NCBI GenBank assembly: GCA_963815195.1
Contig: CAWFGE010000022.1
Span: forward strand, 128,001 to 192,000
DNA from: an uncultured Planctomycetaceae bacterium
GTDB lineage: Bacteria > Planctomycetota > Planctomycetia > Planctomycetales > Planctomycetaceae
Direction: 5' to 3'
DNA: 64,000 bases
The translations under genes were made by a program, and so were the position numbers. Below, one piece after another: positions 1 through 11,537 of the stretch. Below the pieces are notes generated by a model. The model ran no database searches, was not told the origin of the DNA, and worked only from the letters and a program-made list of their open reading frames with translations. Numbering within the stretch: position 1 is the first letter of the stretch; each line of letters begins with the position of its first letter.

Positions 1-1100
1 CAGCGGCGCGAGAGTTCCCCCGGATGTCCCGCTTCCCAGCGAAACCGACCACGAAATAAACTTCATCGAACACAAGAACAAAATGGCTGAGATGGTGAGC
101 CGATTGGACAATATGTTGCTGATGTTGTAGTAACCGACGCCCAAGGTGTCCGGGGCCAGGTATCCGACGACGCCGACGACCACGGCCCCCAATGCCGGCC
201 ACCACATCCAATGGATCGGAAGTTTTTCAAAGCCGTCTTCAATGGCATAGACGACCTTCGTGACGACGACCGAAATCAATCCCATCACTCCGCCAAGGCA
301 AATATAAGTGGCCAAGGCGGTCCCCGTTGGCTGCTGAAGATTCGTCATGGCGAAGACGGGTTCCATGCCTTCAAACATCATCCGAATTCCGGTCGCGGTC
401 GAGGCGGCGAGCGCGACGGGAATAATGGAACGCGGGCGGAACTCGAACAGCAACAACTCAATCGCCAGAAGGACGGCCGAAACCGGGCTTCCGAATGTCG
501 CCGCCATCCCGGCAGCCGCCCCGGCCGCCAGCAGAGTTCGCCGCTCGCCAACGGTCGTCCGAATCGACTGGCCGAACACCGACCCCAAAGCCCCGCCCGT
601 CGCAATGATGGGCCCTTCCGCGCCAAACGGTCCGCCCGTTCCGATGGAAAGCGCCGATGAAACGGGCTTCAAGAAGGTCACCCGGGCCGGGATCCGGCTC
701 TCGTTCGTCAGGATTTGCTCCATCGCTTCGGGAATCCCGTGTCCGCGGATGGCGCTGGAACCGAACCGAGCCATCAGACCGACCACAATCGCGCCCAGGA
801 TGGGAATCGGGATCGACCACAACCCCAGGCGTGGAATCGCGTCGGCCGGCACCGAACCGCCAATGACAGTTCACCGAAATAAGCGAGATTCGTGATGACG
901 GCAATCAATGCCAACAGGACTTGAGCCACAAAAGCCGCGGCGACTCCCAAAAAGATCGTCAAAACGCAAATCAGCAAGACGCGCCGATCGATGAGGGAAT
1001 AATGGGGCGGAACCTGGGCTGCCTCGGCCACCAAATCCAGCGAAGGTGATACCGTCAATCCATCCGATGTGGCGGACTTCGCGGGTTCCCGCTCCGTCAT
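1..1100 (-). CDS. CLC-family chloride channel/antiporter (partial, runs off window; frameshifted)
   Basis: Stitching minus-strand frames gives GHGIPE, GGPFGAEGP and GSGTSGG CLC motifs and many TM segments; frame breaks near 860 and 570. Confidence 0.85.
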
Positions 1101-1303
1101 CTCGACTCCGATAAAAAAATTGTGTCGGCGGGGCAATTGGGAACCACCGTTTTCCTCACCCGGTCAATTGTAGCGAGCCCGCACCGGGGCGGCAAAGTGC
1201 TTGGAATCGGGGTTCAGGCGGGAATGTCAAAAAGCCCGCCGGGGAAGAAGCGAATCTTCCCACGCGGGCGTCGGACGGTGATTGGTTTTAGAGACTGCTC
1301 GAA

Positions 1304-2260
1304 TTAGAACTCCCCCAAGACTTCGCCGCCCGCGCGGCTGCCCAGGGCGTGCCAGGTGGGGAGGTTGATGTTCTCGCCGACGAAGCGGACGCTGCCGTCG
1401 CATAGCAGCACCTGAACGCCGCCCGTGTGTTGGCTGCGGGCGGCGGTGAGGGCGTAGTTGTGGTAGGCGTTTCCGCAATCGGGAAGGCGGGAATTGGGGC
1501 TGTAGTAATGGTTGTAAAGCGCATCGCCGTAGTGCCCGTTGATCCATTTCGCCCCGCGCACGCCCGGTCCAATTTCCTCCGCCGGAGGCCGCCGCCGCAC
1601 AGGCGCTGGGCGTCGTGGCCGAGCCGCCGCTGAGTTCGTAAACCTCTTTTTGGGGATCGATTCCGATCGCCGGGTTGGCTCCGCTGCCGAGCAAAGTTTC
1701 GCTGAAGCAGACGGTGTTCGAGGTGCCGTCGGTGATGTCGCGGAAACGGATCGACGAGGCGGAAAAGAAAATCCCGTCCGCATCGACCATCGTGCCGTTG
1801 TTGACCTGGCCGCTTCCCGTGGACGCCACATAGTTCGTGGGGCCGTAGGTGTTTCCCGGGATTTGATCCGAGTCGCTGGGGCAGAGGTAAATCTTCAAGG
1901 ACAATTTCGCGGCGGCCTGATCGGTTCCCGATCCGAACGCCAAGGGCGGCACGCTGAAGTTGATGAGCTTCTGAAGGGCCGCCTGATCCATGTACGGAAG
2001 CAGATGAGCCTGGGGCGAGAAGACCATCGGAAAGTTGAGCCGGGCCGGGGGAACACGCGCAGGCTGGATTCGTAATTGTGCATGGCCAGCCCGATTTGTT
2101 TGAGGTTGTTTTTGCACTGGAGCCGGCGGGCGGCTTCGCGGGCTTGCTGGACGGCGGGCAATAACAGGGCGATCAAAATCGCGATGATGGCGATGACCAC
2201 CAAGAGTTCAATCAATGTGAAACCGCGCGCACGCCCAGCGCACGTGAATGCAAACATCAT
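1304..2260 (-). CDS. DUF1559 prepilin-type N-terminal / H-X9-DG protein (frameshifted)
   Basis: [34 protein letters not shown]...[15 protein letters not shown], then ITDGTSNT and [12 protein letters not shown] in successive frames. Confidence 0.9.
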
Positions 2261-2346
2261 GGGGGAAACTCCAAGGCTTGTGATTCCGAATAAGCGCAGG
2301 GCCGCTCGGAGCGGAACGCGTCCGCCGGCCGCGCATCAAGAGGCAC

Positions 2347-3013
2347 TTACGCGGCGGGCGTTTTTGGAGGAGGAGTTTCCGGGAGGCGGGACGGATTGGA
2401 AAACCGCCGGCCGGTTTCGCTGAGCGATGTCGGCCAAACGTGCCCGCTTCGCAGTTGAGCCGTCTCGGCGATCAAACGCGGATCGGCATTTAAGGCCGTT
2501 TGGCTTTGCGGCCCGCCGTCACATCCGCACGCCTTCACGCGGAGCAGGACGGAACGAGAGCGTTCGTGGGAGTTCGAAAGACTTCCGGCAACAAGAGCCG
2601 CCCGCCTTGCATGCGGACGGCACGCAGTTCGTGCGGACGATGGCGTCGGATGGCTGGGTCCGTTGGGTCACGCAGCAGCTTTTGACGTGGCTTTTCTTCG
2701 AGCAGCACGAGGACGGGGAACCCTTCTTGCAGCCGCTTTTCGGAGCGTCTTCTTCCCCAAGAGCAAGCTCCCGATGGCAGCAACACTGGCCGGCGGCTTT
2801 TCGCTCTTCGCTGCATCGGCAACCGGCGGGGGTCGGGTTTCCTCCCATCGGCAAGCCGACCGTGGCGCAGAGATAGGCCGCCAACGTTGCCAGGCTGCAC
2901 AGGCAACGCCTGGAGGGAAACCAGGAAGACCATCGGGAAGAAAACACGGTTCGCCGCTCAACGATTGGAACAGGGCTTTCCCTCATGCTATCGCAAGATG
3001 GGAAGGCAAACAA
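2347..3013 (-). CDS. Cys-rich hypothetical protein with Pro-rich C-terminus (one frameshift ~2540)
   Basis: ORF 2519-3013 (CRC, CCC, SCC clusters after a hydrophobic segment) continues into ORF 2347-2538 (CGC...NADPRL...PETPPPK). Confidence 0.6.
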
Positions 3014-3052
3014 ACCAGCGGCGGCTTTTGACGGTTTTGCCGGTAAAAAAGA

Positions 3053-4201
3053 TTACGAAGGCACCGCGAGCCTGCTGCTCATCAGAAACAGCAGATAAGC
3101 CACGCCGGCAATCGCTGCCCAGGAACGCGTCACCGGACGGTAGCGTTCCTGCTCGGCTTCGGCGGGAGGTTCGACGGTCGGAATGTCATCGATCAAGTAC
3201 GCGCCGTCGGCGGCCAGATATTGCACGCGGGATTTCCACAACAAGCAGCCCAACAACACGACGCACACCGCGGCCGCGACCGCCATCAGCGGGGGAACCC
3301 GGCTCGCCAAATCCTCGGGCGTTCCCTGGTCTTTGAGCGCGGCCAGATGTTTGAGGACCAAGACCGGCAAGGCGTTGTGCAAAAAGTGCAATAGCATCGG
3401 GGCCAGAATCGTCCGCGTGGCCAGGTACGAGACGTGGCACATCACGCCCACAAAAAACACGCCCACGGCCTGCACGGGATTCCCATGCACCGCCGAGAAC
3501 AACAGCGACGTCCACAACACGCCCGCGACAAGCCCTTGCCGGGCGATGAGGCCTCGCCCGATCACGCCGCGAAACACCAACTCCTCGCCGAGCGCGGGCG
3601 CCAGGGCCAGAATGACCAATAACATCACCGTGGAGGTCTCGTCGGTCACGCCGCCGAGCACCGTCGGCAGATCGCCTTGCCAAGGCGACGTTCCAAACAG
3701 CGTTTTCCAGACGTCGATCAACATTTGGACCAAAAAACTGTCCATCACCGTCAAGGGCAGGATGAGCAACGTAATCAGTCCCACATGGCGAAACGTCGGG
3801 ACTCGGAACGGAATCACCCGCGTCAACCGTTTCCGGAACACGAGCCAGGCGATCGTGAAAACCGCGAGCAGAAACACGCCCTGGTCAAAGGCGAGCAGCT
3901 GAAACATCTCGCCCGATTGGAGTTGCTCAAGCACCGAAACGCCGGCTTTTGGGCCTTTTCCCGCGAACAACTCGCGGTGAGAGAACATCAGGTACGCGAA
4001 GTAAATCGACGAGGAAATCAGGTGAATCAGCACCACGCCCAGGACAATCAGCACGGCCATGCCCAAGCCCGGTCCGGGCAAGCGAGGCCCAGCGTCCGCT
4101 GGCGGGTTTTCCACGGGCACAGGCGGGCCGGACGAATCCCGCGGCTCGCTGGAATCTGCGGAAAGGGTTTCAGCGGAAAAATCGGACATGGCAGCCGCCA
4201 T
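3053..4201 (-). CDS. CPBP/Abi-family intramembrane metalloprotease
   Basis: EELVFRG, FSAVH, HFLHN motifs; multiple TM helices. Confidence 0.9.
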   Translation of the reverse strand: MAAAMSDFSAETLSADSSEPRDSSGPPVPVENPPADAGPRLPGPGLGMAVLIVLGVVLIHLISSSIYFAYLMFSHRELFAGKGPKAGVSVLEQLQSGEMFQLLAFDQGVFLLAVFTIAWLVFRKRLTRVIPFRVPTFRHVGLITLLILPLTVMDSFLVQMLIDVWKTLFGTSPWQGDLPTVLGGVTDETSTVMLLVILALAPALGEELVFRGVIGRGLIARQGLVAGVLWTSLLFSAVHGNPVQAVGVFFVGVMCHVSYLATRTILAPMLLHFLHNALPVLVLKHLAALKDQGTPEDLASRVPPLMAVAAAVCVVLLGCLLWKSRVQYLAADGAYLIDDIPTVEPPAEAEQERYRPVTRSWAAIAGVAYLLFLMSSRLAVPS

Positions 4202-4656
4202 TGCAAAGAATCAATCGATCGTTCGGCCGCGTCGAGTTCGCCATCAAAGCGATAACCTGCCGAATAATGAACTTTATGGCGGTGAATCGGGTTCGTCAAA
4301 TCCTTCCGCCCTTTTGGACGGCCTGCGTCGTCTTACATTTTTTGTTGATCTTTCATTAGCCCAAAGCGCGAGCGAGGGATTTTTTTCAAATCTTTTACCT
4401 CCCCTTGGGGAGGTCGGACGCGGTAGCGGCCGGGTGGGGGAAGTGTCTGATGCAAGGCGATTTTCAACTTGGCAAATGAACCGACCGGTGCGAGCGAAGT
4501 CGGCGGGTTGCACAGTCAAATCGTTGTCAATGAAATCGACAGAGTGTGCCACTTGTGCCGCTGGCTCTGCCTGTTCAGCCGATCGCAAAGCCCCACCCGG
4601 CCCGGATCCGCCAATGAGCATAATTCCACCCGGAGGTCCCGATGCGGCAGCGGCCC

Positions 4657-4944
4657 TTAGCCATAGACCGCGTGGCGATGGGTGTCGCGGGCCTCGTCGC
4701 CGGCCACCAATTCATCGATCACCCGCAGCACGCCCGCCACGCGCCGGCAGCAATCGGTGCACAAGGAGCGATCTCGCCGGGAAGGCACCCGGCCCCGCAA
4801 AGTGACGATGCCTCCCACCACCTCGGCTTGGACATCTTCCATGCCGCGGAGTTCCTTCAAGTGAAGAAATCGCCGAACCCGGTCTTTTAGATCCTCTTCG
4901 TAAGCGGTCCTGTCCGGAGTCCATTGGGAAGGGGTCGAATACAT
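4657..4944 (-). CDS. BON-domain protein
   Basis: GIVTLRGRVPS...VAGVLRVIDEL; RBS AAGGAAAG upstream of ATG 4944. Confidence 0.75.
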   Translation of the reverse strand: MYSTPSQWTPDRTAYEEDLKDRVRRFLHLKELRGMEDVQAEVVGGIVTLRGRVPSRRDRSLCTDCCRRVAGVLRVIDELVAGDEARDTHRHAVYG

Positions 4945-5201
4945 GAGTTGTCTTTCCTTATGTTGAGCGCTTGAAGGTTTCGAGAGAGGGATTCCCCGCC
5001 GGCTGCAATTTTGACCGTCGCCGGCGAATCGGGAAAGTTCCAAAACGGAAAAAAGGCGAGCGAGCCGGCGGGCGGAGTGAAGGAAAGCGGTTTTTCCCTC
5101 CCGACTGTTCCATTTTCCATGTCTTCTCGAGGAACACGGTTTGAAACAAGAACAAGAATTGGGAGCATCCGCAGAAAAAGCGGACGCGGCGGACGAGGGA
5201 G

Positions 5202-5486
5202 TTACCTCTGGACTTCCAACCGATTGGCGATGGCCGCGACTCCGTCGGCTTTGCGGGCCATCTCCTGGGCGACCTGCTTGAGATAGAACGAAGACACCCG
5301 GCCTTGGAGCACGAGGACTCCATTGTCCGTCGCGCAGGAAACCTGCTGGAGTTCCCGGTACGGGGATTCCGCCAGGTGCTGCCAGGCCCGCTCGGCGGTT
5401 TCATCCATCAATTCCGAGCCCTCCGTGAGGTTCGGTCGCTGGGGCGGGCGGTGGGGGACTGTGATGTGGGGAACCCGATCAATCAT
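5202..5486 (-). CDS. BON-domain protein
   Basis: GVLVLQGRVSSFYLKQVAQE...GVAAIANRLEV; RBS AGGAGG before ATG 5486. Confidence 0.8.
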   Translation of the reverse strand: MIDRVPHITVPHRPPQRPNLTEGSELMDETAERAWQHLAESPYRELQQVSCATDNGVLVLQGRVSSFYLKQVAQEMARKADGVAAIANRLEVQR

Positions 5487-5560
5487 AAAACTTCCTCCTG
5501 TCGTCGTCTCAATGGGTGTGATTGGTATTGGATTTGATTCGCCAGGTTCGGCGGGAGTGA

Positions 5561-5794
5561 TCAAAATCGCTGCTCGATGCGCTGCCGCAAGGCGTTGACG
5601 CCGATCTCGTCCGGCAGTTCGCGGAGCAGATGAAAGAGTTCGCCGGCCGGCAGGGTGTAAGTCGCGTGGGCGGTTTCCAATTGGATGCGGTGACCGGCCG
5701 CATCGCCGCCGTCGGTTCGGGCATCGATGTCCGTCACCGAGACCGCCTTCCCGCCCACAATCCGTTCGACCTCGCGTTGTATTTCCGATTGCAT
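5561..5794 (-). CDS. small hypothetical protein
   Basis: 77-aa ORF with protein-like composition, co-oriented with the BON genes. Confidence 0.55.
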   Translation of the reverse strand: MQSEIQREVERIVGGKAVSVTDIDARTDGGDAAGHRIQLETAHATYTLPAGELFHLLRELPDEIGVNALRQRIEQRF

Positions 5795-6200
5795 GTCTCG
5801 CGTCCTGGGGTCGCCTCTTTTTTTATGTCCCGCCGGATTCGCTCACCGAGCGACGAATCGTATGGACTATCCCGCTTCAAACTTTTTAACCGACCGCCGG
5901 CTAGGGCAACATCCGAGTAAACCCGAAATTCGACACAGGGAGATCCCGCATTTTGCTCATTCTGGCCTTGCCGTTCGCTGAGCGGCCAGATTGCGGGAAC
6001 GGCAAACAGACTCTGAGGCCATGCGAACACAGTTTTCTCATTTCGCGGGTCCGGCGCGGAAGTTGCGGATTCTGGGGATCAACGTCGCGCATGTTGTCGA
6101 AACGTCCCGGCAACGCAAAATAGCCGACGCGGTTGATGAGTTGATTTTACGACCCCATTGTGTGGCATCGGCGTACGATAGATGAAAGACTGGTGAAGAA

Positions 6201-7157
6201 ATGCGAACGTTGGATTTTGGACCCCGCGGGCCCGGTCCGGGCCCGCGGTTGATCTCCGGCCATCCGCCGCGGACTCCGTCGGCAAATCGAATGAGGGAAC
6301 GTCCCACAGGCGGGCACGCCGAGCGGCGGACGTATGCCGACTTGCTCTCCGCCGCCCACGCAGCGCATTTCCCCGAAATCCGGCTGCTGATTCACCGCTT
6401 GCACCTGGAGCGGATTCACCGCGTGCTCGACGCCCCGTGCGGGGACGGGTTTTATTCCGAGCTTCTCGCCGAGGATCTGGAACCGGGCGGGGAAGTCGTA
6501 GCGGTCGATGTGGATGATAAAGCGCTCGCGGAGGTCGAGCAGCGGGCGCGAAACATGTCCCGCGGCGCAACCGTCACGAGCCTGCATGCGGACGTGTTTC
6601 AGATGCCCTTGGCGGACGAGAGTTTTGATTTTGCCTGGTGCGCGCAGAGTTTGATCAGCCTGTCGAATCCGGGAGAGACATCGCCCGGACCGGGCACGCT
6701 GGACGTGCTTCAGGAATTTCATCGCGTCCTGCGGCCCGGCGGCCGAATCGCGGTCTTGGAGGAGGATGCCATGCACTACATGATCCTCCCCTGGCCGGCG
6801 GAATTGGAACTCGCCATCCACCACGCGGAACGCCAAGGCTTCGCCCGCTTGTACGGCCGGCCCGAGCAGTTGGACGCGGGCCGGCAACTCGGCAAGGTTC
6901 TGGCGAAATCCGGCTTCGAGCCGCTCAGGAAGATTTCGCTCTCCGCGGATCGGCAAGGAATCCCGCATCACGATGAGCGGGCCTTTCTGCTGGCCTACTT
7001 TGCGGAACTGCGAAAACGGATCGAGCAAGACATCAGCCCGGACAACCTGTGGGAGTTCGATGCGCTGACCGATGCCCGCTCGCGGCGGTCGTTTTTCCAG
7101 GATCCCGAGTTTGAAATGACCTGGCTGGAGTTTGTGATCCTCGGCTCCAAAGCCTGA
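6201..7157 (+). CDS. class I SAM-dependent methyltransferase
   Basis: VLDAPCGDG motif I, DESFDFAW, HRVLRPGG; true start may be 6291. Confidence 0.85.
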   Translation: MRTLDFGPRGPGPGPRLISGHPPRTPSANRMRERPTGGHAERRTYADLLSAAHAAHFPEIRLLIHRLHLERIHRVLDAPCGDGFYSELLAEDLEPGGEVVAVDVDDKALAEVEQRARNMSRGATVTSLHADVFQMPLADESFDFAWCAQSLISLSNPGETSPGPGTLDVLQEFHRVLRPGGRIAVLEEDAMHYMILPWPAELELAIHHAERQGFARLYGRPEQLDAGRQLGKVLAKSGFEPLRKISLSADRQGIPHHDERAFLLAYFAELRKRIEQDISPDNLWEFDALTDARSRRSFFQDPEFEMTWLEFVILGSKA

Positions 7158-7313
7158 CGCGCCAAAGCCGGAAACAACGTAACTCGGCCGCGATTTTCTC
7201 CCGACTCGTCTGTTATGCGAAATCTTTGGCACTAAAATGAAAGAAGGACGGTCGGGATTTTATCGATGACCGAATGGCTCCGCTTTTGCCGCGAATGAAT
7301 TTCCGTTGGTGAC

Positions 7314-10154
7314 ATGAAACGCTCCCCATTCCAGAACGAGCCGCAAAACGGGTTGGACAGCCAAAGCCTCCCGTTTGTGGAGACGGTCTATGCACAGTAT
7401 CTCAAGGATCCTGCGTCCGTCGGAGCGGACTGGCGGCAGTATTTTGAAAACCTGAATGCGGGCCAGAACGGCCAGCCTTTGATTCCCGCCTGGCCGAGGG
7501 AATCTCCGCATTTCAAACGGACGAGTCTGTTTCACCGCGCCGCGGCCTCCGCCGACGGCGGGCCCGGGGCCGGCAAAGAGCTCGCCGTGCTCCAGGAACG
7601 CGTGGACCAGTTGATCCGCAACTACCGCGTTCGCGGGCACATCATCGCCGACCTCGACCCGCTCGGCCAGCCCCGCCCGCATCCTCCGGAACTCGACCCG
7701 GCCTATTACGGTTTTCGCGAAAGCGATTACGACCGCACGTTTGCAATGGCCACCGCCGGCGGCCAGGAGATCCTCCCATTCCGCGAGATCCTTGATCGTC
7801 TGCAAAACACCTACTGCCGGCGGATTGGCGTGCAGTTCATGCACATCGACGATCTGGAAGTCCGCCAATGGCTGCAATACCGCATGGAGCGGTCGCAGAA
7901 CCGCCTGGAACTCAGCCGGGACGAGCAGTTCCACATCCTGACCATGCTCACCGATGCCGTGGTCTTCGAGCAATACATCTTGAAAAAATACGTGGGCACG
8001 AAAACGTTTTCGCTCGAAGGGGCCGAGAGTTTAATGCCGCTGCTCGGCCTGGCGATCGAACGCGCGGGCGAAGAGGGCATCGACGAGATTGTGATGGGCA
8101 TGGCGCACCGCGGCCGGCTGAACGTGCTGACGAACATCATGGGCAAGTCGGCCCGGCAGATTTTCCGCGAGTTCGAAGACCGCGACCCCGAACTGCACTT
8201 GGGCCGCGGAGATGTCAAATATCACCTGGGCTACAGCACCGATTGGACCACCCGAGCCGGCCGGGAAATGCACATCTCGCTGTGCTTTAACCCGAGCCAT
8301 CTGGAGTTCGTCAACCCCGTGGCGATGGGCCGGCTCAGGGCCAAGCAGGACCGCTATGGCGACCGTGAACGCAAACGGGGATTGCTTTTGCTTATTCACG
8401 GCGATGCCGCGTTCGCCGGCGAAGGCGTGGTGCAGGAAACCTTGAACCTCAGCGAGCTCACAGGCTACCACATCGGCGGCGCGATTCACGTCGTCGTCAA
8501 CAACCAGATCGGCTTTACCACCGGCCCCGCCGAAGGCCGATCCAGCGTGTACGCGACCGACGTCGCCAAGCTGCTGCAGATCCCGATCTTTCACGTCAAC
8601 GGCGAAGACCCGGAAGCCGTCGCCCAGGTCGTGCGGCTGGCGATGGACTTCCGCCGCGAGTACGCGCGGGACGTGGTGATCGACATGTATTGCTACCGGC
8701 TCCACGGGCACAACGAAAGCGACGAGCCGGCCTTCACGCAGCCGATCATGTCCCGCGCGATCGAGCAGCGAGAATCGGTGCAGGAGTACTACTGCAATCA
8801 TTTGATCGCCCTCGGAGAGATCTCCCGCGAGGAAGTGGACCGGATCGCCCAAGAACGCCAGGCCCACTTCGACAAGGAACTCACCGTCGCCCGCAGCGAG
8901 GATTACACCTACCAACCGACGACTTTGGGCGGAATCTGGGAAGGCTATCAAGGCGGCTTAGAAAAAGACGTCGCCGAAGAGGACACGGGCGTCGAGACGG
9001 ACCGCCTCTCCCGGCTCTTGGAACTCCAGACGCAGTTCCCCGAAGATTTCCATCCGCACCGCAAAATTGCCCGCGGCCTCGAGCGCCGGCTGAAAATGGC
9101 CCAAGGCGAGGAACCGCTCGACTGGTCGGCGGGCGAAACACTGGCGTATGCGACGCTCGCGACCGAAGGCGTTCGCGTCAGGCTCAGCGGCCAGGATGCC
9201 GAGCGCGGCACCTTCAGCCATCGCCACGCCGTGCTGCACGATGTCCAAGACGGCCACATTTATATTCCGCTTCAGCATCTTTCCGCAGACCAGGCTCCGG
9301 TGGAAGTCTACAACAGCCCGTTGTCCGAAGCGGGCGTATTGGGGTTTGAATACGGCTACAGCCTCGATTGCCCGGACGGGCTGGTGCTCTGGGAAGCCCA
9401 GTTCGGGGATTTTGTGAACGCGGCCCAAATCATCATCGATCAGTTCATCAGCAGTGCCGAGGACAAATGGAACCGCTTGAGCGGTTTGGTGCTGCTCTTG
9501 CCGCACGGCTTCGAAGGCCAGGGACCGGAGCATTCGAGCGCGCGGCTGGAGCGCAAGCTGATGCTCGCCGCCGAGGACAACGTCCAAATCGCCCAGCCCA
9601 CGACGCCGGCGCAGTTTTTTCATCTGCTCCGCCGGCAGGTTTTAAGGCCTTGGCGAAAGCCGTTGTTCGTGCTCACGCCGAAGAGCCTGCTCCGGCATCC
9701 CCGCGCGGTATCTTCTCTCGAGGAACTTTCCGCCGGCCGGTTTCGCCGCGTGCTTCCCGATGAACGCCCCGCGGAAAAAGCCAAGTCCGCCAAGACGGAC
9801 CGCGTGCTGTTGTGCAGCGGGAAGGTGTATTACGACCTCGTGGACCAGCGGGAAGAACTCGGCCGCGACGATGTGGCCATTGTCCGCATCGAGCAATTCT
9901 ATCCGCTACCGTTCGATGAATTGCGGGAAGCGCTCGCGGGCGTTCCCGACGGCACGCCGGCGTTTTGGGTTCAAGAAGAACCCGCCAACATGGGCGCATG
10001 GTGGTTTTTCCGGCTTTGGTTCGGGGAGCGACTCTTCGACCGCTTACCGTTCGCCCGCATCAGCCGCCCCGAGTCCGCCAGCCCCGCGACCGGCTCGAAG
10101 ACCAGCCACAAACTCGAACAACACCGCCTGCTCGACCGAGCCTTCGGCGGATGA
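7314..10154 (+). CDS. sucA: 2-oxoglutarate dehydrogenase E1
   Basis: [41 protein letters not shown]. Confidence 0.97.
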   Translation: MKRSPFQNEPQNGLDSQSLPFVETVYAQYLKDPASVGADWRQYFENLNAGQNGQPLIPAWPRESPHFKRTSLFHRAAASADGGPGAGKELAVLQERVDQLIRNYRVRGHIIADLDPLGQPRPHPPELDPAYYGFRESDYDRTFAMATAGGQEILPFREILDRLQNTYCRRIGVQFMHIDDLEVRQWLQYRMERSQNRLELSRDEQFHILTMLTDAVVFEQYILKKYVGTKTFSLEGAESLMPLLGLAIERAGEEGIDEIVMGMAHRGRLNVLTNIMGKSARQIFREFEDRDPELHLGRGDVKYHLGYSTDWTTRAGREMHISLCFNPSHLEFVNPVAMGRLRAKQDRYGDRERKRGLLLLIHGDAAFAGEGVVQETLNLSELTGYHIGGAIHVVVNNQIGFTTGPAEGRSSVYATDVAKLLQIPIFHVNGEDPEAVAQVVRLAMDFRREYARDVVIDMYCYRLHGHNESDEPAFTQPIMSRAIEQRESVQEYYCNHLIALGEISREEVDRIAQERQAHFDKELTVARSEDYTYQPTTLGGIWEGYQGGLEKDVAEEDTGVETDRLSRLLELQTQFPEDFHPHRKIARGLERRLKMAQGEEPLDWSAGETLAYATLATEGVRVRLSGQDAERGTFSHRHAVLHDVQDGHIYIPLQHLSADQAPVEVYNSPLSEAGVLGFEYGYSLDCPDGLVLWEAQFGDFVNAAQIIIDQFISSAEDKWNRLSGLVLLLPHGFEGQGPEHSSARLERKLMLAAEDNVQIAQPTTPAQFFHLLRRQVLRPWRKPLFVLTPKSLLRHPRAVSSLEELSAGRFRRVLPDERPAEKAKSAKTDRVLLCSGKVYYDLVDQREELGRDDVAIVRIEQFYPLPFDELREALAGVPDGTPAFWVQEEPANMGAWWFFRLWFGERLFDRLPFARISRPESASPATGSKTSHKLEQHRLLDRAFGG

Positions 10155-10184
10155 TTTCCACCTTCAATTAGAATGCCCACGCTT

Positions 10185-11465
10185 ATGAGCATCGAACTCA
10201 AAGTACCGGAAGTCGGCGAATCGGTCACGGAAGTGTATCTCGGCGATTGGTTGAAATCCGAAGGCGACTTCGTGGAGGAAGGCGAGCCGTTGATCGAACT
10301 GGAAAGCGAAAAGGCGACGTTTGAGCTCCCCGCCCCCACCGCGGGCGTGCTCTCGGTAATTCTCAAACAAGCCGGCGAACAGGCCAGCGTCGGCGAGGTC
10401 ATCGGCCGCTTCGAGGAAGGCGACGGAAAAGAACCCTCGAAATCCAATCGGCAAAACAAGGAACTGGAAGAGACAAAAGCCGAGAAACAAAAACCTGCGA
10501 AAGAGCAAAAATCAGAGAAAACCCCCGCCGCCGAGAGACGCTCCGAACGAGAGACGATTCCCCCCATCGAAACGGAGACCCGCGTGATGCCCGCGGCGGC
10601 GCGGCTGCTTGAGGAACATGGACTTGAGGCCCAGGACATCGAAGCCAGCGGTCCGGGCGGGAGGTTGCTCAAAGAAGATGTGCTGCATCACTTGGAAACC
10701 GCCGAAGCTGAACCGGAGCTTCAAAAAGCTCGCCCCCGCCGCACCGAGCCGGCTCCGTCGGAAGACCGCGAGGAAGAGCGCGTGCCGCTGAGTCCCATCC
10801 GCCGCCGCATCGCCGCCCGCCTCGTCGAAGCGCAACAGACCGCGGCCCTGCTCACCACGTTCAACGAGATCGACCTGACCGCCGTCAAGGAGCTTCGCCA
10901 GGAATACCGCGAGACGTTTCTCAAGGAATACGGCGTGAAGCTGGGCTTCATGTCCTTCTTCGTCAAAGCCGCCGTCGATGCGCTCCAGCGGATGCCCGGG
11001 CTCAATGCCGAGATCCGCGAGGACGCGATCATCTTCCGCAACTACTATGACATCGGCATCGCCATCGGCAGCGAAAAGGGTTTGATCGTGCCGGTGCTCA
11101 AGGACGCCCACCTCAAAAGTTTCGCCGAGATCGAGCAGGCCATCGACGATTTCTCCCAACGGGCCCGGCGGAATGAACTCAAAGTCAACGAACTCAGCGG
11201 CGGCACGTTCACGATCAGCAACGGCGGCATTTATGGATCGCTGTTGTCCACGCCGATCGTCAACCCGCCCCAATCGGGCGTCCTGGGCATGCACGCCATC
11301 CAAGACCGCCCCGTGGTGCGCAGCGGCGAAATCGTCATTCGCCCGATGATGTATGTCGCGTTGACCTACGATCACCGCATCGTCGACGGCCGCGAAGCCG
11401 TGACGTTCTTGAAGCGAATCAAAGACGTCCTCGAACAACCCGCGCGGCTGCTGATCGAAATCTAA
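10185..11465 (+). CDS. sucB: dihydrolipoyl succinyltransferase E2
   Basis: lipoyl domain LESEKA, catalytic YDHRIVDG; follows sucA. Confidence 0.96.
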   Translation: MSIELKVPEVGESVTEVYLGDWLKSEGDFVEEGEPLIELESEKATFELPAPTAGVLSVILKQAGEQASVGEVIGRFEEGDGKEPSKSNRQNKELEETKAEKQKPAKEQKSEKTPAAERRSERETIPPIETETRVMPAAARLLEEHGLEAQDIEASGPGGRLLKEDVLHHLETAEAEPELQKARPRRTEPAPSEDREEERVPLSPIRRRIAARLVEAQQTAALLTTFNEIDLTAVKELRQEYRETFLKEYGVKLGFMSFFVKAAVDALQRMPGLNAEIREDAIIFRNYYDIGIAIGSEKGLIVPVLKDAHLKSFAEIEQAIDDFSQRARRNELKVNELSGGTFTISNGGIYGSLLSTPIVNPPQSGVLGMHAIQDRPVVRSGEIVIRPMMYVALTYDHRIVDGREAVTFLKRIKDVLEQPARLLIEI

Positions 11466-11466
11466 C

Positions 11467-11519
11467 GCCACAAAATCATCGGGCGCAAAATCATAATTTT
11501 GTGCGCCATGATTTTGTGA
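11467..11519. repeat. intergenic palindromic REP-like element
   Basis: CACAAAATCAT...ATGATTTTGTG inverted arms between sucB and lpdA. Confidence 0.6.
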
Positions 11520-11537
11520 TCGATAAACGGATCGACC

